64,000 bases of DNA from Candidatus Omnitrophota bacterium (GTDB lineage Bacteria > Omnitrophota > Gorgyraeia > Duberdicusellales > 4484-171), in the NCBI GenBank assembly GCA_037146775.1, contig JBAWWL010000002.1, positions 262,554 to 326,553 of the forward strand. Reading direction: 5' to 3'. A program made the translations under genes and the position numbers. Positions 9,653 to 20,074 of this stretch are shown in pieces. The notes below the pieces were generated by a model. It saw only the letters and a list, made by a program, of their open reading frames with translations. It was not told the origin of the DNA and did no database searches. Every line of letters begins with the position of its first letter. Within the stretch, counting starts at the first letter, position 1.

Positions 9653-10582
9653 ATGATTACTTTAGTTATACCATGTTTTAATGAACAAGAAAATCTGCCT
9701 TTACTTTATGAAAAAATTATAAAGGCAGCTGAAGAATGGAAGGAGCCGTTTGAGGTGATTATCATTGATGACGGTTCAAATGATTCTACGTGGGAGATAC
9801 TAAAACAATTTCATACCAAGGATGTCCGGTGGAAAGCTTTGCGATTTTCAAGGAATTTTGGCCATCAAAAAGCCATTTCAGCTGGCTTATTCTATGCTGG
9901 TGGCGATTGCGCAGTTATTTTAGATGCGGATTTGCAGGATTCTCCAGGAGAGGTACGTCGTTTTATAGAGAAATGGAAAGAAGGATACGAAGTTATCTAT
10001 GCGATACGCCTGAAGCGCAAAGAGAATTTTTTTAAAAGAGTAAGTTATAAGATTTTTTATAGAATACTGGGATGCCTGTCTGACATTAAAATTCCTTACG
10101 ATTCTGGCGATTTTTGCCTTATTGACCGTAAGGTTATAGATGTATTGAATAGTATCCGCGAGCAAGACCGTTTTGTGCGCGGTTTACGTGCGTGGATAGG
10201 CTTTCGCCAGGTTGGTATAAAATATGAGCGCAATATACGTCATGCCGGGAAACCAAAATTTACCTTGCGTAAGCTAAAGAACCTTGCCTTTTCCGGAATT
10301 TTTTCTTTCTCGATAGTGCCTTTGCAGATTGCTACTTATTTAGGGCTAATTATCTGCGCTACTACTTTTTTATTAGCTATCTTTTATTTTTTTAAGCATT
10401 TTTCAGTACAGCCACATTATATTTTGATAATTGCTTTTTTTCTGGGTGGCGCCCAATTGCTTTGCTTGGGTGTTCTGGGCGAGTATATAGGCCGTATATA
10501 TAACGAAGTAAGAAACCGGCCATTATGGATAATTAGAGATACGCTGGGTATCAATATAAAAAAGCACTTTAACAGCTTATGA
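9653..10582 (+). CDS. GT2, GtrB/ArnC-like bactoprenol glycosyltransferase
   Basis: DDGSND, SRNFGHQ, DADLQD, two C-terminal TMs then GEYIGRIY. Confidence 0.88.
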   Translation: MITLVIPCFNEQENLPLLYEKIIKAAEEWKEPFEVIIIDDGSNDSTWEILKQFHTKDVRWKALRFSRNFGHQKAISAGLFYAGGDCAVILDADLQDSPGEVRRFIEKWKEGYEVIYAIRLKRKENFFKRVSYKIFYRILGCLSDIKIPYDSGDFCLIDRKVIDVLNSIREQDRFVRGLRAWIGFRQVGIKYERNIRHAGKPKFTLRKLKNLAFSGIFSFSIVPLQIATYLGLIICATTFLLAIFYFFKHFSVQPHYILIIAFFLGGAQLLCLGVLGEYIGRIYNEVRNRPLWIIRDTLGINIKKHFNSL

Positions 10583-12360
10583 AAATTCGAATAAATAATT
10601 TTATTACGTGGCGTAAGTCATTTTTTGTTTTTGGAATATTTTTGATTTTTACAGCTATATTCCTTCCAGTAGATTATTTAGTAAATAACGCAATTTCTCC
10701 GCAGATTGCCCAAGAGATAAAAAATCAAGGTATTCCCGGCCGTATGTTAGCATTACAGAATCAATTTAGATTGGGGTTATTATTTTTACGTATTGCTTCT
10801 GTTTTGCTTGGTGGATGGTTGTTAGTTTTAGCCCGTTTCTGGAATTATTTAAAAAAATGGTCATTCGAGACGCTGATAAAAAAGCGCAAAGCTGACTATT
10901 TTGATTCTGATAGTATAGACCTAAGGAAAGAAATTATATTTCCAGGTATTTGTTTTATCTTAGTAATAATAATTTCTGTACCCATACTTTATAAAGGATT
11001 TGATCATTGTGAACTTACTAATTATTTAATGTTAGCTAAGAGAGGTCCGTTGGTTAGCATGGCTTGTCAAAATATGGAGTCTCGTGCCGGTCATCCTGGT
11101 TTTACAGTGGTAGAAAGTATTTTTGTAAAAATTTTAGGGGGTTCAGAAGCTACCGCGAGATTACCGGCTCTTATCTTTGGAGCCTTTGTTATGTTTCCGG
11201 TATATTTCATTGCTCGCAAGTATGGCCCGATTTCTTTTGCGAATTTAGTTTGTTTAGGACTAGCGGCAAACGGATTTTACCTTTTTTATAATACTTATGC
11301 CAGGGGCTACGCTTTTGCGTTAGCAGCGTATATGTTTTGTGTTGCTATAGTGCTTTCGATACGTTTACATCCAAACTGGAATAAATGGGTGTGGCTAGGT
11401 GTTTTTACTATTATTGCCTGTTATTCTCACCAAGGATCAGCGCTGTATCTTAGCTGCTTAATTTTTTTCCTTTTAATTGAACGATACAAAATGGGTGGCA
11501 TGAAATTTTTGGTGCAGCCGGCCATTACGTTAGGAACAGTTATTTTGATTCTATTTTTTCTCTATTCCGTAGCAATTCCTAGTGATTTAAAATATTTAAA
11601 AGAATTTTCAGTAACCAACTATTATCAATCTTACCATATTAACCCGCGTTTGCTTAAAGTTATGGTTGAATCTTGGTCCTGGTTGCGAGGCATGGTTTTT
11701 GTAGGGTGGATTCAGTTTAGTTTATCTACGATAGGAATGGTTTGGCTACTCCGCCGTCGCTTTTGGACTACGATATACTTAGTTGGCCCTGCTGTTATTG
11801 GTATTACAATAATCTGGTCACGGGAATTATATGTTTTTACCCGATATTTTTTGCATTTCTTACCGGTATATGTTTTACTCAGTGTTTTTCCTTTATGGCG
11901 AATTCCCACAAATATTTTAAAAATAAATCGTAGGGTAGCAGAAATATCTCTTGGGCTATTGCTGGTAATTTTTATGACAATATCATTATATCGTATATAT
12001 GCAATGGAGCGCTGTGGGGTGCGGGCTGCAGTTAGTGATGCGCGTAAGCTAATGAGTGCGAATGATCGGGTTATGGCAATCCTCGATGGATATATTACGG
12101 TTAGATATTACTATCCGGAAGTAGTTAATGGATATCGTCACACAAATTTTTGGAAGGAAATTAATAGCGAACAGCCCCCAGAATTTATTATCAATGTTCC
12201 TTATGTTGAGTTTGATATTCCTGGCGGGACTACTGCTATTTTAAAAAAGTATAATCTGGTAAAAAAATATCCGAGTTGGCTTGATGTCGATGACGATCAG
12301 GATTCAATATATCTATATAAATTAAAAATGAAAAATGAAAAACAAAGAATTAATAATTAA
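10579..12360 (+). CDS. GT-C (ArnT/PMT-like, GT39/83) membrane glycosyltransferase
   Basis: Multi-TM; GHP, E..ARLP, ARGY, RYF motifs; adjacent to two lipid-linked GT2 genes. Confidence 0.6.
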   Translation: MKIRINNFITWRKSFFVFGIFLIFTAIFLPVDYLVNNAISPQIAQEIKNQGIPGRMLALQNQFRLGLLFLRIASVLLGGWLLVLARFWNYLKKWSFETLIKKRKADYFDSDSIDLRKEIIFPGICFILVIIISVPILYKGFDHCELTNYLMLAKRGPLVSMACQNMESRAGHPGFTVVESIFVKILGGSEATARLPALIFGAFVMFPVYFIARKYGPISFANLVCLGLAANGFYLFYNTYARGYAFALAAYMFCVAIVLSIRLHPNWNKWVWLGVFTIIACYSHQGSALYLSCLIFFLLIERYKMGGMKFLVQPAITLGTVILILFFLYSVAIPSDLKYLKEFSVTNYYQSYHINPRLLKVMVESWSWLRGMVFVGWIQFSLSTIGMVWLLRRRFWTTIYLVGPAVIGITIIWSRELYVFTRYFLHFLPVYVLLSVFPLWRIPTNILKINRRVAEISLGLLLVIFMTISLYRIYAMERCGVRAAVSDARKLMSANDRVMAILDGYITVRYYYPEVVNGYRHTNFWKEINSEQPPEFIINVPYVEFDIPGGTTAILKKYNLVKKYPSWLDVDDDQDSIYLYKLKMKNEKQRINN

Positions 12361-14227
12361 GCAAAAAGGCTTTTTAAGCCACGAGCAACTAACTGAATGT
12401 ATCTTATTTAGCTTAGTTGCAATGATTATCCGTTTAATTTATGTTGCAATGATTACTGCAAAATATGGAGCTGGCCAGCATAGCGATTTTTTGTATATGC
12501 ACCAGTTAGCCCAATCGCTTGCGCAAGGCCTGGGTTTTACTATTGATGGAGTATGGATTTTTAACCAATCACCAGGGTATCCTGTCTTTGTGAGTATTTT
12601 TTATAAAATAATAGACGCGAAATTAATGATTGCGTTTGCGCTCAACATAGTCCTTGGAGCGTTGAGCGTGGCATTGCTTTATATCCTGGCAATATATATG
12701 TTTTCAATATTCAAGCCAGCAAAAGATTCGTATTTTGGAATAGAGGAATCAATTGCTCGTTGTTCTTGTGCGCTTGCTATTATTTACCCTGATAGCCTCC
12801 TATATTGCGCCTATTTTGCTGCCGAGAATCTTTTAATTCCGTTAATTATCTTATTCGTTATTTTTGTTATTAGAGATTGGAGAACTGAATGGTTGGCTGG
12901 TATATTTATAGGGGCGGTTGGAGTTATAATGGCTCAAACCAAAGCATATACGCTTGTATTATGCTTATTTGCACCTTTAATATGGAAGATTCGTGGCCAG
13001 CGCGTTATATACCGTAGTTTAATAGCGATAATTACCGCAGTAGTTATTTTAGCGCCCTGGGCATATCTTAATTATAAAGCTTCCGGAGGAAGAATTGTTC
13101 CTTTTGGTGCATCATTTGGAACAACTTTCTTAGACGGCAACAATCTCCGCGCCAGTGGTAAGCCGACAAATCTTTATTGTTTGCCTGAGAAAGTCGAGAT
13201 TGGCCGTGATGAAATTGAGCTTAATCGATTAAGGCTAAATAAAGCTTTATCATATATTAATGCTAATCCCGGATGGTTTGCGAAACTGACGCTTAAGAAA
13301 TTTTTATTATCTTTTTCTCCGGTGCGGGATTATTTATTTCAAAATAATAATGAAGAACGCCTATTTGCCCCGCTAGTAAGCCGTTGGGTTCCCACTATTT
13401 TTAATACAATATTGCTGTTTGGAATAATAGTTGGGATTATATTTACGTACAAAAAAAAAGAAATTTTTATCGTTGGTTTTTGCTTACTATTGTCTGCCCT
13501 TTTAATCCAATTAGTTTTTTTTGCTTATCCGCGCTATAGATTTCCTTTCTTATTCGCCCTAATTCCTTTCTCGGCCCTTGGCTATATTATGCTTGTAAGT
13601 TTACTGCGTAGCAAACCTCTATTTAAAAATAGCAATCATAAAAAAATAGATTTTTCAAAATATTATAATAGTAAATTTTCTAACTTATTATTTCGCTGGA
13701 TAGATTGGCAAAAAATAACTTTGCTTAAAAGGATTATATCAATTTATAAACCTAAGATTATTGTTGAGTTAGGATCAGGTACTGGGCTTATATCTTCTAA
13801 ATTGCCAGCAAAAATTTTCTGTCTTGAACTTAATCCTGAGCTTGCAAAATTATCTAAAAAAAACGGTATTGTTAGCTGTCAGGCTGATTTAGAAGGTAGG
13901 TTGCCGCTGCGCTCTTCTTCTGCAGAAATGGTTTTCCTGGTTGATAGCATCGAGCACGTTCAAAACCGAGATTTGCTATTTGATGAACTTAAGCGGATAC
14001 TTAAGCCGCAAGGACTGCTTATTATATTTACTCCACCGTATGATTCATTACGTTGGATATTTGCTGAAAAGATACACTTTGCACTTTTACGTAACCCAGC
14101 CGGACATGCTTCTCCCTACACGGAAGAATCTTTACGTTATTTTCTCTCAAAAGGGTTTGAGCAGATAGATATTCGCCGTCTGAATTTTAATTTGACTATG
14201 TGCGCTATGGCGCGCAAAACAGTATAA
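12335..14227 (+). CDS. GT-C-like membrane protein fused to C-terminal class I SAM methyltransferase
   Basis: N-terminal TMs with PGYP, ENL, GNN, PRYRFP; C-terminal VELGSGTG, SIEHV, RILKPQG. Confidence 0.7.
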   Translation: MKNKELIIKQKGFLSHEQLTECILFSLVAMIIRLIYVAMITAKYGAGQHSDFLYMHQLAQSLAQGLGFTIDGVWIFNQSPGYPVFVSIFYKIIDAKLMIAFALNIVLGALSVALLYILAIYMFSIFKPAKDSYFGIEESIARCSCALAIIYPDSLLYCAYFAAENLLIPLIILFVIFVIRDWRTEWLAGIFIGAVGVIMAQTKAYTLVLCLFAPLIWKIRGQRVIYRSLIAIITAVVILAPWAYLNYKASGGRIVPFGASFGTTFLDGNNLRASGKPTNLYCLPEKVEIGRDEIELNRLRLNKALSYINANPGWFAKLTLKKFLLSFSPVRDYLFQNNNEERLFAPLVSRWVPTIFNTILLFGIIVGIIFTYKKKEIFIVGFCLLLSALLIQLVFFAYPRYRFPFLFALIPFSALGYIMLVSLLRSKPLFKNSNHKKIDFSKYYNSKFSNLLFRWIDWQKITLLKRIISIYKPKIIVELGSGTGLISSKLPAKIFCLELNPELAKLSKKNGIVSCQADLEGRLPLRSSSAEMVFLVDSIEHVQNRDLLFDELKRILKPQGLLIIFTPPYDSLRWIFAEKIHFALLRNPAGHASPYTEESLRYFLSKGFEQIDIRRLNFNLTMCAMARKTV

Positions 14228-14236
14228 ACTAAATGC

Positions 14237-15358
14237 TTGAAGGTGGAAAAGATTAACGTCTTACATGTAGTGCAAACGCTTGATGTCGGCGGGCTTGAGC
14301 GAGTCGTCGTTGATTCCTTTAAATATTACGACAGAAACAAGTTTAATTTTACTGTTTGTTGTTTGAGTGAAGAAGGCATATTGGCAGGAGAATTAAAAAG
14401 ATTGCGCATGGAACCGGTTTTTTTAAACAAGCGAAATGGTCTTGATTTTAGCATAAGCTGCAGAATAATGCAGCTAATTAAAAAAAATGACATTAATATT
14501 CTTCACACCCATAATCAACGGCCTTTGTTTTACGGGGCCATTGCTGCAAGGACGAGTGATTTATTGGCCTATGTGCATACTAGACACGGCCGAAATGATC
14601 CGGATAGTTTTAAAAATGTTCTTATAAACAAATTCTTTAGCTCTTTCGCCGACAGGGTTGTGTGTGTTTCTCGGGATATCTATGAAATCGCGCGCAAGAA
14701 AGAGGGTTTGCCATTGAGTAAGATCGAAGTAATAAGAAATGGCATTGATATAAGTAAATTTGCGTCAATAAAGACAAAAGATAAGTTGCTACTTGCGAAA
14801 TTGGGAATTAAAGAAGGTTCGTTTGTAATTGGTACCGTGGGTAGGCTCTCGCGGATCAAGAATCACACCTTGTTGATAGATGCTTTCAAGAATTTATCTG
14901 CAAAATATTCTAGGGCTATTCTTTTGGTGGTAGGAGACGGCCCCGAAGCACCAAGATTAAAAAAAATTGTCCAAGAGTATGGTTTAACCGAAAAAATTTT
15001 ATTTTTGGGAGAACAAACTGATGTGTCTGCGTCGCTCGGTTTATTTGATATTTTTGTTTTACCTTCATTATCCGAAGGTATTTCTTTGGTGTTGATTGAA
15101 GCTATGGCTGCTGGTTTGCCTATAGTTGCTACCAACGTAGGCGGTAATTCAGAAGTTATTAGTGACGGTGAGAACGGTTTCCTTGTTTCTTCAGGTGATA
15201 CAGCGGCTTTAAGTAATGCCATAGCGCGATTACTAGAGGATGAGGGTTTACGACGGCGCCTTTCGGACGCCAACCGTCATAAAGCGACACAAGAGTTTAA
15301 TATCCAGGTAATGTGTAAAAAATACGAAGAGTTATATACTGCATTAGCGGGGAATTAG
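14237..15358 (+). CDS. Glycosyltransferase family 4
   Basis: GGLER, HTRHG, VGRLS..KNH, EGISLVLIEAMAAGLP. Confidence 0.9.
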   Translation: MKVEKINVLHVVQTLDVGGLERVVVDSFKYYDRNKFNFTVCCLSEEGILAGELKRLRMEPVFLNKRNGLDFSISCRIMQLIKKNDINILHTHNQRPLFYGAIAARTSDLLAYVHTRHGRNDPDSFKNVLINKFFSSFADRVVCVSRDIYEIARKKEGLPLSKIEVIRNGIDISKFASIKTKDKLLLAKLGIKEGSFVIGTVGRLSRIKNHTLLIDAFKNLSAKYSRAILLVVGDGPEAPRLKKIVQEYGLTEKILFLGEQTDVSASLGLFDIFVLPSLSEGISLVLIEAMAAGLPIVATNVGGNSEVISDGENGFLVSSGDTAALSNAIARLLEDEGLRRRLSDANRHKATQEFNIQVMCKKYEELYTALAGN

Positions 15359-15383
15359 ATGAGGGGTCGAATTGATTGACCCC

Positions 15384-15746
15384 TCATCCTGAGCGTAGCG
15401 AAGGATCTCTAACGGTGAGTAAAGATAAACATCAAGCCGGATATGTATACATCCTAACAAATAGAGGGAATTCGGTTTTGTATACTGGGGCCACAACCAA
15501 TTTGCTTAAAAGAGTTTTCCAGCACAGACAGAGATATCTATCTGGATTCACAAAGCGATATAATTTAAGCAAGTTGGCATATTACGAGGTCTTTATTGAT
15601 ATGGTCAGCGCTCGCGTAAGAGAGCGCAAGATAAAAGGCTGGAAGCGAGGGAGGAAGATAAGTTTAATAGAATCGATGAATCCGATGTGGGAAGATCTCT
15701 ATAATGGATTAGTAAGAGATCCTTCGTCCTTGCGGACTCAGGATGA
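15384..15746. mobile_element. GIY-YIG mini-cassette bounded by REP-like inverted repeats
   Basis: TCATCCTGAG-N5-CGAAGGATCTCT (15384-15410) is the inverse of AGAGATCCTTCG-N10-CTCAGGATGA (15715-15746); CCCC on both outer sides. Confidence 0.65.
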
Positions 15747-15774
15747 CCCCTTGCTTATTGAAAAAACACCCTAA
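15415..15774 (+). CDS. GIY-YIG nuclease family protein (UPF0213-like)
   Basis: GYVYILTN..LYTG, R...H, RERKIKGW..K..LIE..NP.W.DL; GTG start at 15415 chosen because the upstream extension is repeat-derived. Confidence 0.85.
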   Translation: MSKDKHQAGYVYILTNRGNSVLYTGATTNLLKRVFQHRQRYLSGFTKRYNLSKLAYYEVFIDMVSARVRERKIKGWKRGRKISLIESMNPMWEDLYNGLVRDPSSLRTQDDPLLIEKTP

Positions 15775-15786
15775 GGGTTCAATTAT

Positions 15787-16950
15787 ATGAGTTTTATTAT
15801 TCTTTTATTAATCTTTTTATTTTTATTTTTTCTCACAACTATAATTCTGAAAAAGAAAATGCAATATTGGTTTTTTTCTTACGCTAAAACATTTTTTATC
15901 AAAAAAAATAGCACCAATAAACAAAAACCTACAGATATAATATTTTGTCTGGTAGATCATTTTGAGCCAAGTTTTAGAACTAAAGAGGTTACAGTGCAAA
16001 AAAGTAGAGTGGACCGATGGTTAGAAGAATTTCCTCTTTTTTCTGTAACACATCGTGATGGCGATGGTTGTATGCCCAAGCACACTTGGTTTTTCTCGCC
16101 GCATGAAGACACCGAAGATCATCTTGAGCGTCTGACTGGTCTTTGTAAACAAGGCTATGGAGAAATAGAATTACATATGCATCACGACCGTATTTTACCT
16201 TTTCCCGATACATCGGAGACTTTCGAGAGAAAAATCAGGGAAGCCACCGATAGGTACGCGTTGTTAGGCTTATTCGGAAAAGATAACCGTGATGATAAGC
16301 GTAAATTTGGTTTTGTCCACGGCGATTGGGCGCTAGATAATTCAAGAGGAGGAAAATTTTGCGGTATCAATAATGAGTTGCAAATTTTAGCAAAATGTGG
16401 ATGCTACGCTGATTTTACCTTTCCTTCTATTTGTGAATCGCAGCCGCAAAAAATTAATTCTATATATTATGCTTTCGACGATCCGCGGAGGCCAAAATCC
16501 TACGATAGGGGTATTTCGGTAAAGGTTGGGAAGAAAAAATGTGGTGATTTAATGATTATTCAAGGTCCTTTGGGTTTGCATTCAAAGCCCTACAGGCGCT
16601 GGCCGTTTATCGCTATAGAGTCTGCTAATATCTCTTTGACTGATTTACCTTATCCATCAAGGGTCGATTTTTGGGCCAAAACCGGGATAGGAGTGGAAGA
16701 TAAACAAGAATGGATATTCATAAAAGTGCATACCCATGGTGCGTATGAGCCTAATGCTGATGTGCTTTTGGGTGAGCATATGCATACAATGCATTCTTAT
16801 TTAGAAAGCAAATATAACGATGGAATAAATTTCAGATTGCATTATGTTACCGCGCGAGAGCTTTATAATATTGTTAAAGCAGCAGAGAGCGGAGAAATAG
16901 GAAATCCTAGCCAGTTTAGAGATTACTATATTGACAAGCCGCCGTTGTAG
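15787..16950 (+). CDS. Conserved EPS-locus protein, deacetylase/hydrolase-like with N-terminal TM
   Basis: DHFEP, IELHMHH, FVHGDWALDN, KVHTHGA His-rich motifs. Confidence 0.55.
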   Translation: MSFIILLLIFLFLFFLTTIILKKKMQYWFFSYAKTFFIKKNSTNKQKPTDIIFCLVDHFEPSFRTKEVTVQKSRVDRWLEEFPLFSVTHRDGDGCMPKHTWFFSPHEDTEDHLERLTGLCKQGYGEIELHMHHDRILPFPDTSETFERKIREATDRYALLGLFGKDNRDDKRKFGFVHGDWALDNSRGGKFCGINNELQILAKCGCYADFTFPSICESQPQKINSIYYAFDDPRRPKSYDRGISVKVGKKKCGDLMIIQGPLGLHSKPYRRWPFIAIESANISLTDLPYPSRVDFWAKTGIGVEDKQEWIFIKVHTHGAYEPNADVLLGEHMHTMHSYLESKYNDGINFRLHYVTARELYNIVKAAESGEIGNPSQFRDYYIDKPPL

Positions 16951-16963
16951 TTTTTCAGTGTTT

Positions 16964-17014
16964 CGATAACGGCTAGGGTTAGGAAGCCCGTATCGGTTAG
17001 CGGTAACGGTTACG
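16964..17014. repeat. Hexamer module F (CGGTWA-like)
   Basis: CGGTTAGCGGTAACGGTTACG; related to ACGGTAACGGTTAC near 45545 and GCGGTAACG near 38955. Confidence 0.4.
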
Positions 17015-17026
17015 TGGGAATATATT

Positions 17027-18181
17027 ATGAGGGTTTTGTTTCTATCCAATCTTTATCCGAATACGCTTGAGCCGACGCGGGCAACGTTTAATAGGCAGAA
17101 GATAGCTGCATTGAGTAAACATTGCGAAATAACCGTGGTGGCGCCCATATTATGGTTTCCTTTTAAATTCCTATTAAATAAAAAAGAAGCCGCAATTCCT
17201 TTTGAAGAAAATATTGATGGCCTAAAGGTGTATCACCCTAAAGTTTTTTATTTCCCAAAATTTTTTCGGTTTCTATATGGTTTTTTTTACTATACAAGTA
17301 TTGTCGGTTTTGTAATGCGTTTACGTAATAATTTTAGCTTTGATATAATCTTTTCTAGCTGGGTGTATCCGGATGGATATTGCGCAATGCGATTGGCTAA
17401 AAAATTTAGAATTCCCTATATGGTTGAAGCGCTTGGTTCAGACATAAATATTTATACAAAAACGACATTACGCAGAATTATTATCAAACAAATTCTGCGT
17501 CGTGCTACAAAAATAATCACTGTTAGTAAAGATCTTAAGCGAAAAATAATGCAATCTAATATTCCAGAGCAGGCAATATCAATCGTATATGCCGGTATAA
17601 ATCACAAAACATTTTATCCCATGGATAAGACATTAGCCAGAAAGCAGGTTAATGTCAGCGCCGGTAAAGTCGTCATATTTGTCGGAAATCTGGTAAAAAT
17701 AAAAGGAATCGAATATTTATTGAAAGCGATACCTCTGTCTAAAAATAAAGACTGGAAACTTTATATCATCGGTGAGGGTGAGTTGAGAGGGCGTTTTCAA
17801 AAAGTCATTGCTGAACTTGGTTTGGAGGAGCGTGTATTTATGCCTGGCATGGTAGCGCACGATAAACTTTGCCTATGGCTTAATGTATCTGATATGCTAT
17901 GCCTTCCTAGTTTTACCGAAGGAGTGCCTAACGTGGTTCTGGAAGCGATGGCGTGCGGCCTTCCGGTGGTCGCCAGCCGCCTACCCGGAATTATTGAAGT
18001 CACGGATGATCTAACCGCTATTTTAAGTGAACCCGGTAATTCTTGTCAACTTGCAAGTAATATTGATGCGGCGTTGGTAAGAACCTGGGATAGAGACTAT
18101 ATTCATAGAAAAAGTTTAGATTTTGACTGGGATGTGACAGCGCAAGAGTTGTTTAAAAATATACAAATATGTGTGGCATAG
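17027..18181 (+). CDS. Glycosyltransferase family 4 (TuaC-like)
   Basis: YPDG, GSDIN, VGNL..KG, EGVPNVVLEAMACGLPVV. Confidence 0.88.
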   Translation: MRVLFLSNLYPNTLEPTRATFNRQKIAALSKHCEITVVAPILWFPFKFLLNKKEAAIPFEENIDGLKVYHPKVFYFPKFFRFLYGFFYYTSIVGFVMRLRNNFSFDIIFSSWVYPDGYCAMRLAKKFRIPYMVEALGSDINIYTKTTLRRIIIKQILRRATKIITVSKDLKRKIMQSNIPEQAISIVYAGINHKTFYPMDKTLARKQVNVSAGKVVIFVGNLVKIKGIEYLLKAIPLSKNKDWKLYIIGEGELRGRFQKVIAELGLEERVFMPGMVAHDKLCLWLNVSDMLCLPSFTEGVPNVVLEAMACGLPVVASRLPGIIEVTDDLTAILSEPGNSCQLASNIDAALVRTWDRDYIHRKSLDFDWDVTAQELFKNIQICVA

Positions 18182-20073
18182 TAGGGTTTATTAATTCGAA
18201 GAGATTGGCTTCTGTCGAGGCGGTAGGAATACTTCAAAAAATGGCCGATGAGATCAATTATCGCGGTCCTGATGATGATGGTTATTTTGCCGATGCTACT
18301 ATGTGCCTAGGGATGAAGCGGCTATCTATTATTGATTTAAAAAGCGGCCATCAGCCGATGTTTACAGATAGCGGCAGTATTGTCATAGTTTATAATGGCG
18401 AGGTATATAATTTTAAGGAACTACGTGTCGAGCTTGAGGCAAAGGGAACATGTTTTAGAACGACGAGCGATACAGAAGTGGTCTTAAAGATGTATGAGCA
18501 TTACGGAATAGATTCATTTACGAGATTGAACGGTATGTTTGCTCTTGCTGTGTATGATAAACTTAGTCAAAAACTTGTACTTTGCCGTGATCCAATAGGC
18601 ATAAAGCCACTCTATTACTTTTGGGATGGTTATTCTTTTATGTTTGCCTCAGAAATAAAAGCGATACTTAAACATCCCATGGCGGCGTCAAGAAAGGTGA
18701 ATTTATCCGCAGTGTGGGATTACCTTACTTATGAGTATGTGCCTGCTCCAAAGACGATATTTGATAATATCTATAAGCTCTTGCCTGGACATTTCATTGA
18801 AATTAATTTGAAGGATTTAGCGTTTAACGTTGTAAAGTATTGGGATTTTCCGTTAACACACAATGATAATATAAGTGAAGAGGAATGTAATGAGCGTTTC
18901 GGTTCTCTTTTTGTAGATGCAGTAAATCGCCAAATGGTTGCGGATGTTCCGGTGGGTATTTTCTTAAGTGGCGGCTTAGACTCAAGTGCGGTGACGCTTG
19001 TTGCGTCCCAGTTGAGCGCTACACGTATAAAAACTTTTTGCGTGGGATTCGAAGAAGGCACGCTTACCGATGAAGCTGCATACGCTCGGGAGGTGGCAGG
19101 TTTTTTGGGAACGGATCATAAGGAGTTCATTGCTAACTCAAAAGAATTTTTTAAATTCATTCCGGAATTTGTTTACCTGATGGACGAACCAAACGCGGAT
19201 ATGGCGACTATAGGCAAATACTTTGCTTGTAAGCTTGCCTCCGAACACGTTAAGGTGGTTTTGTCTGGTGACGGTGGCGATGAGATGCTTTGCGGTTACC
19301 GGTTCAATGAGGCAATGCAGCGTATGAGAGAACAGGAGTGTTTACAGAAATTACCACGAAAGTTGGTTAAAGATTCCCCTTTATCGCTATTTAAGCTTAT
19401 GGGGAGAGAAGATTTATACAGGCGTTGGGAAAGAATGTTTATTCCTTTAAGACAAAGAGGACAATTTGCTTTACCTAGCATGACAAAGCGGTTTACTGAG
19501 AACGATAAAAAAGAACTTTTTAAAGAAATACCAAGTGGGGTTCGAGATAGTTTAAAAATTCTTTCTGAAGATTTCAAAAAAGCCGAAACCTTAGATCCGC
19601 TTACACAGATTCAGTATGCTTGGAGTAAGCAGTGGTTGGCAGAGCATTTATTAATGGAAGCGGACAGAATGAGCATGGCCGTATCATTAGAATTAAGGGT
19701 TCCTTTTTTAGATGTTGAGCTAGTAAAATTTCTATTTTCTGTTCCCGATAAATTGAAGGTGCGTAAAGTTAAGGGCAGATATCAGACAAAATATTTATTA
19801 CGACAATTTCTTAAGGGGCGTGTGCCTCGTTCAGTGCTTACGCGGCCAAAAAGAGGCTTCCAGGTGCCGAATATTCGGTTTGTCCGAAACGATTTGGCAA
19901 GTCATATTTCGGATGTTCTTCTTGATTCTGATTCCCGAGTTGCCGCGTTAATGAATAGAGACGTGGTTATGCAATGGATAAAACGTTCATATTCTGACGC
20001 GTATGGTATGGCGTATCAAAAGGTATGGATATTATATATTCTTGAGATATGGTTGCGTCAGTGGTGCCAATGA
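18169..20073 (+). CDS. asnB: Asparagine synthase-like glutamine-hydrolysing amidotransferase
   Basis: N-terminal MCGI, RGPD, YNGEVYN, LSGGLDSS, SGDGGDE, ELRVPFLD. Confidence 0.92.
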   Translation: MCGIVGFINSKRLASVEAVGILQKMADEINYRGPDDDGYFADATMCLGMKRLSIIDLKSGHQPMFTDSGSIVIVYNGEVYNFKELRVELEAKGTCFRTTSDTEVVLKMYEHYGIDSFTRLNGMFALAVYDKLSQKLVLCRDPIGIKPLYYFWDGYSFMFASEIKAILKHPMAASRKVNLSAVWDYLTYEYVPAPKTIFDNIYKLLPGHFIEINLKDLAFNVVKYWDFPLTHNDNISEEECNERFGSLFVDAVNRQMVADVPVGIFLSGGLDSSAVTLVASQLSATRIKTFCVGFEEGTLTDEAAYAREVAGFLGTDHKEFIANSKEFFKFIPEFVYLMDEPNADMATIGKYFACKLASEHVKVVLSGDGGDEMLCGYRFNEAMQRMREQECLQKLPRKLVKDSPLSLFKLMGREDLYRRWERMFIPLRQRGQFALPSMTKRFTENDKKELFKEIPSGVRDSLKILSEDFKKAETLDPLTQIQYAWSKQWLAEHLLMEADRMSMAVSLELRVPFLDVELVKFLFSVPDKLKVRKVKGRYQTKYLLRQFLKGRVPRSVLTRPKRGFQVPNIRFVRNDLASHISDVLLDSDSRVAALMNRDVVMQWIKRSYSDAYGMAYQKVWILYILEIWLRQWCQ

Positions 20074-20074
20074 C

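Noticed and set aside
15376-15414. ORF-track N-terminus MTPHPERSEGSL of the GIY-YIG protein
   Set aside because: It is the translation of the inverted repeat, so probably not part of the protein
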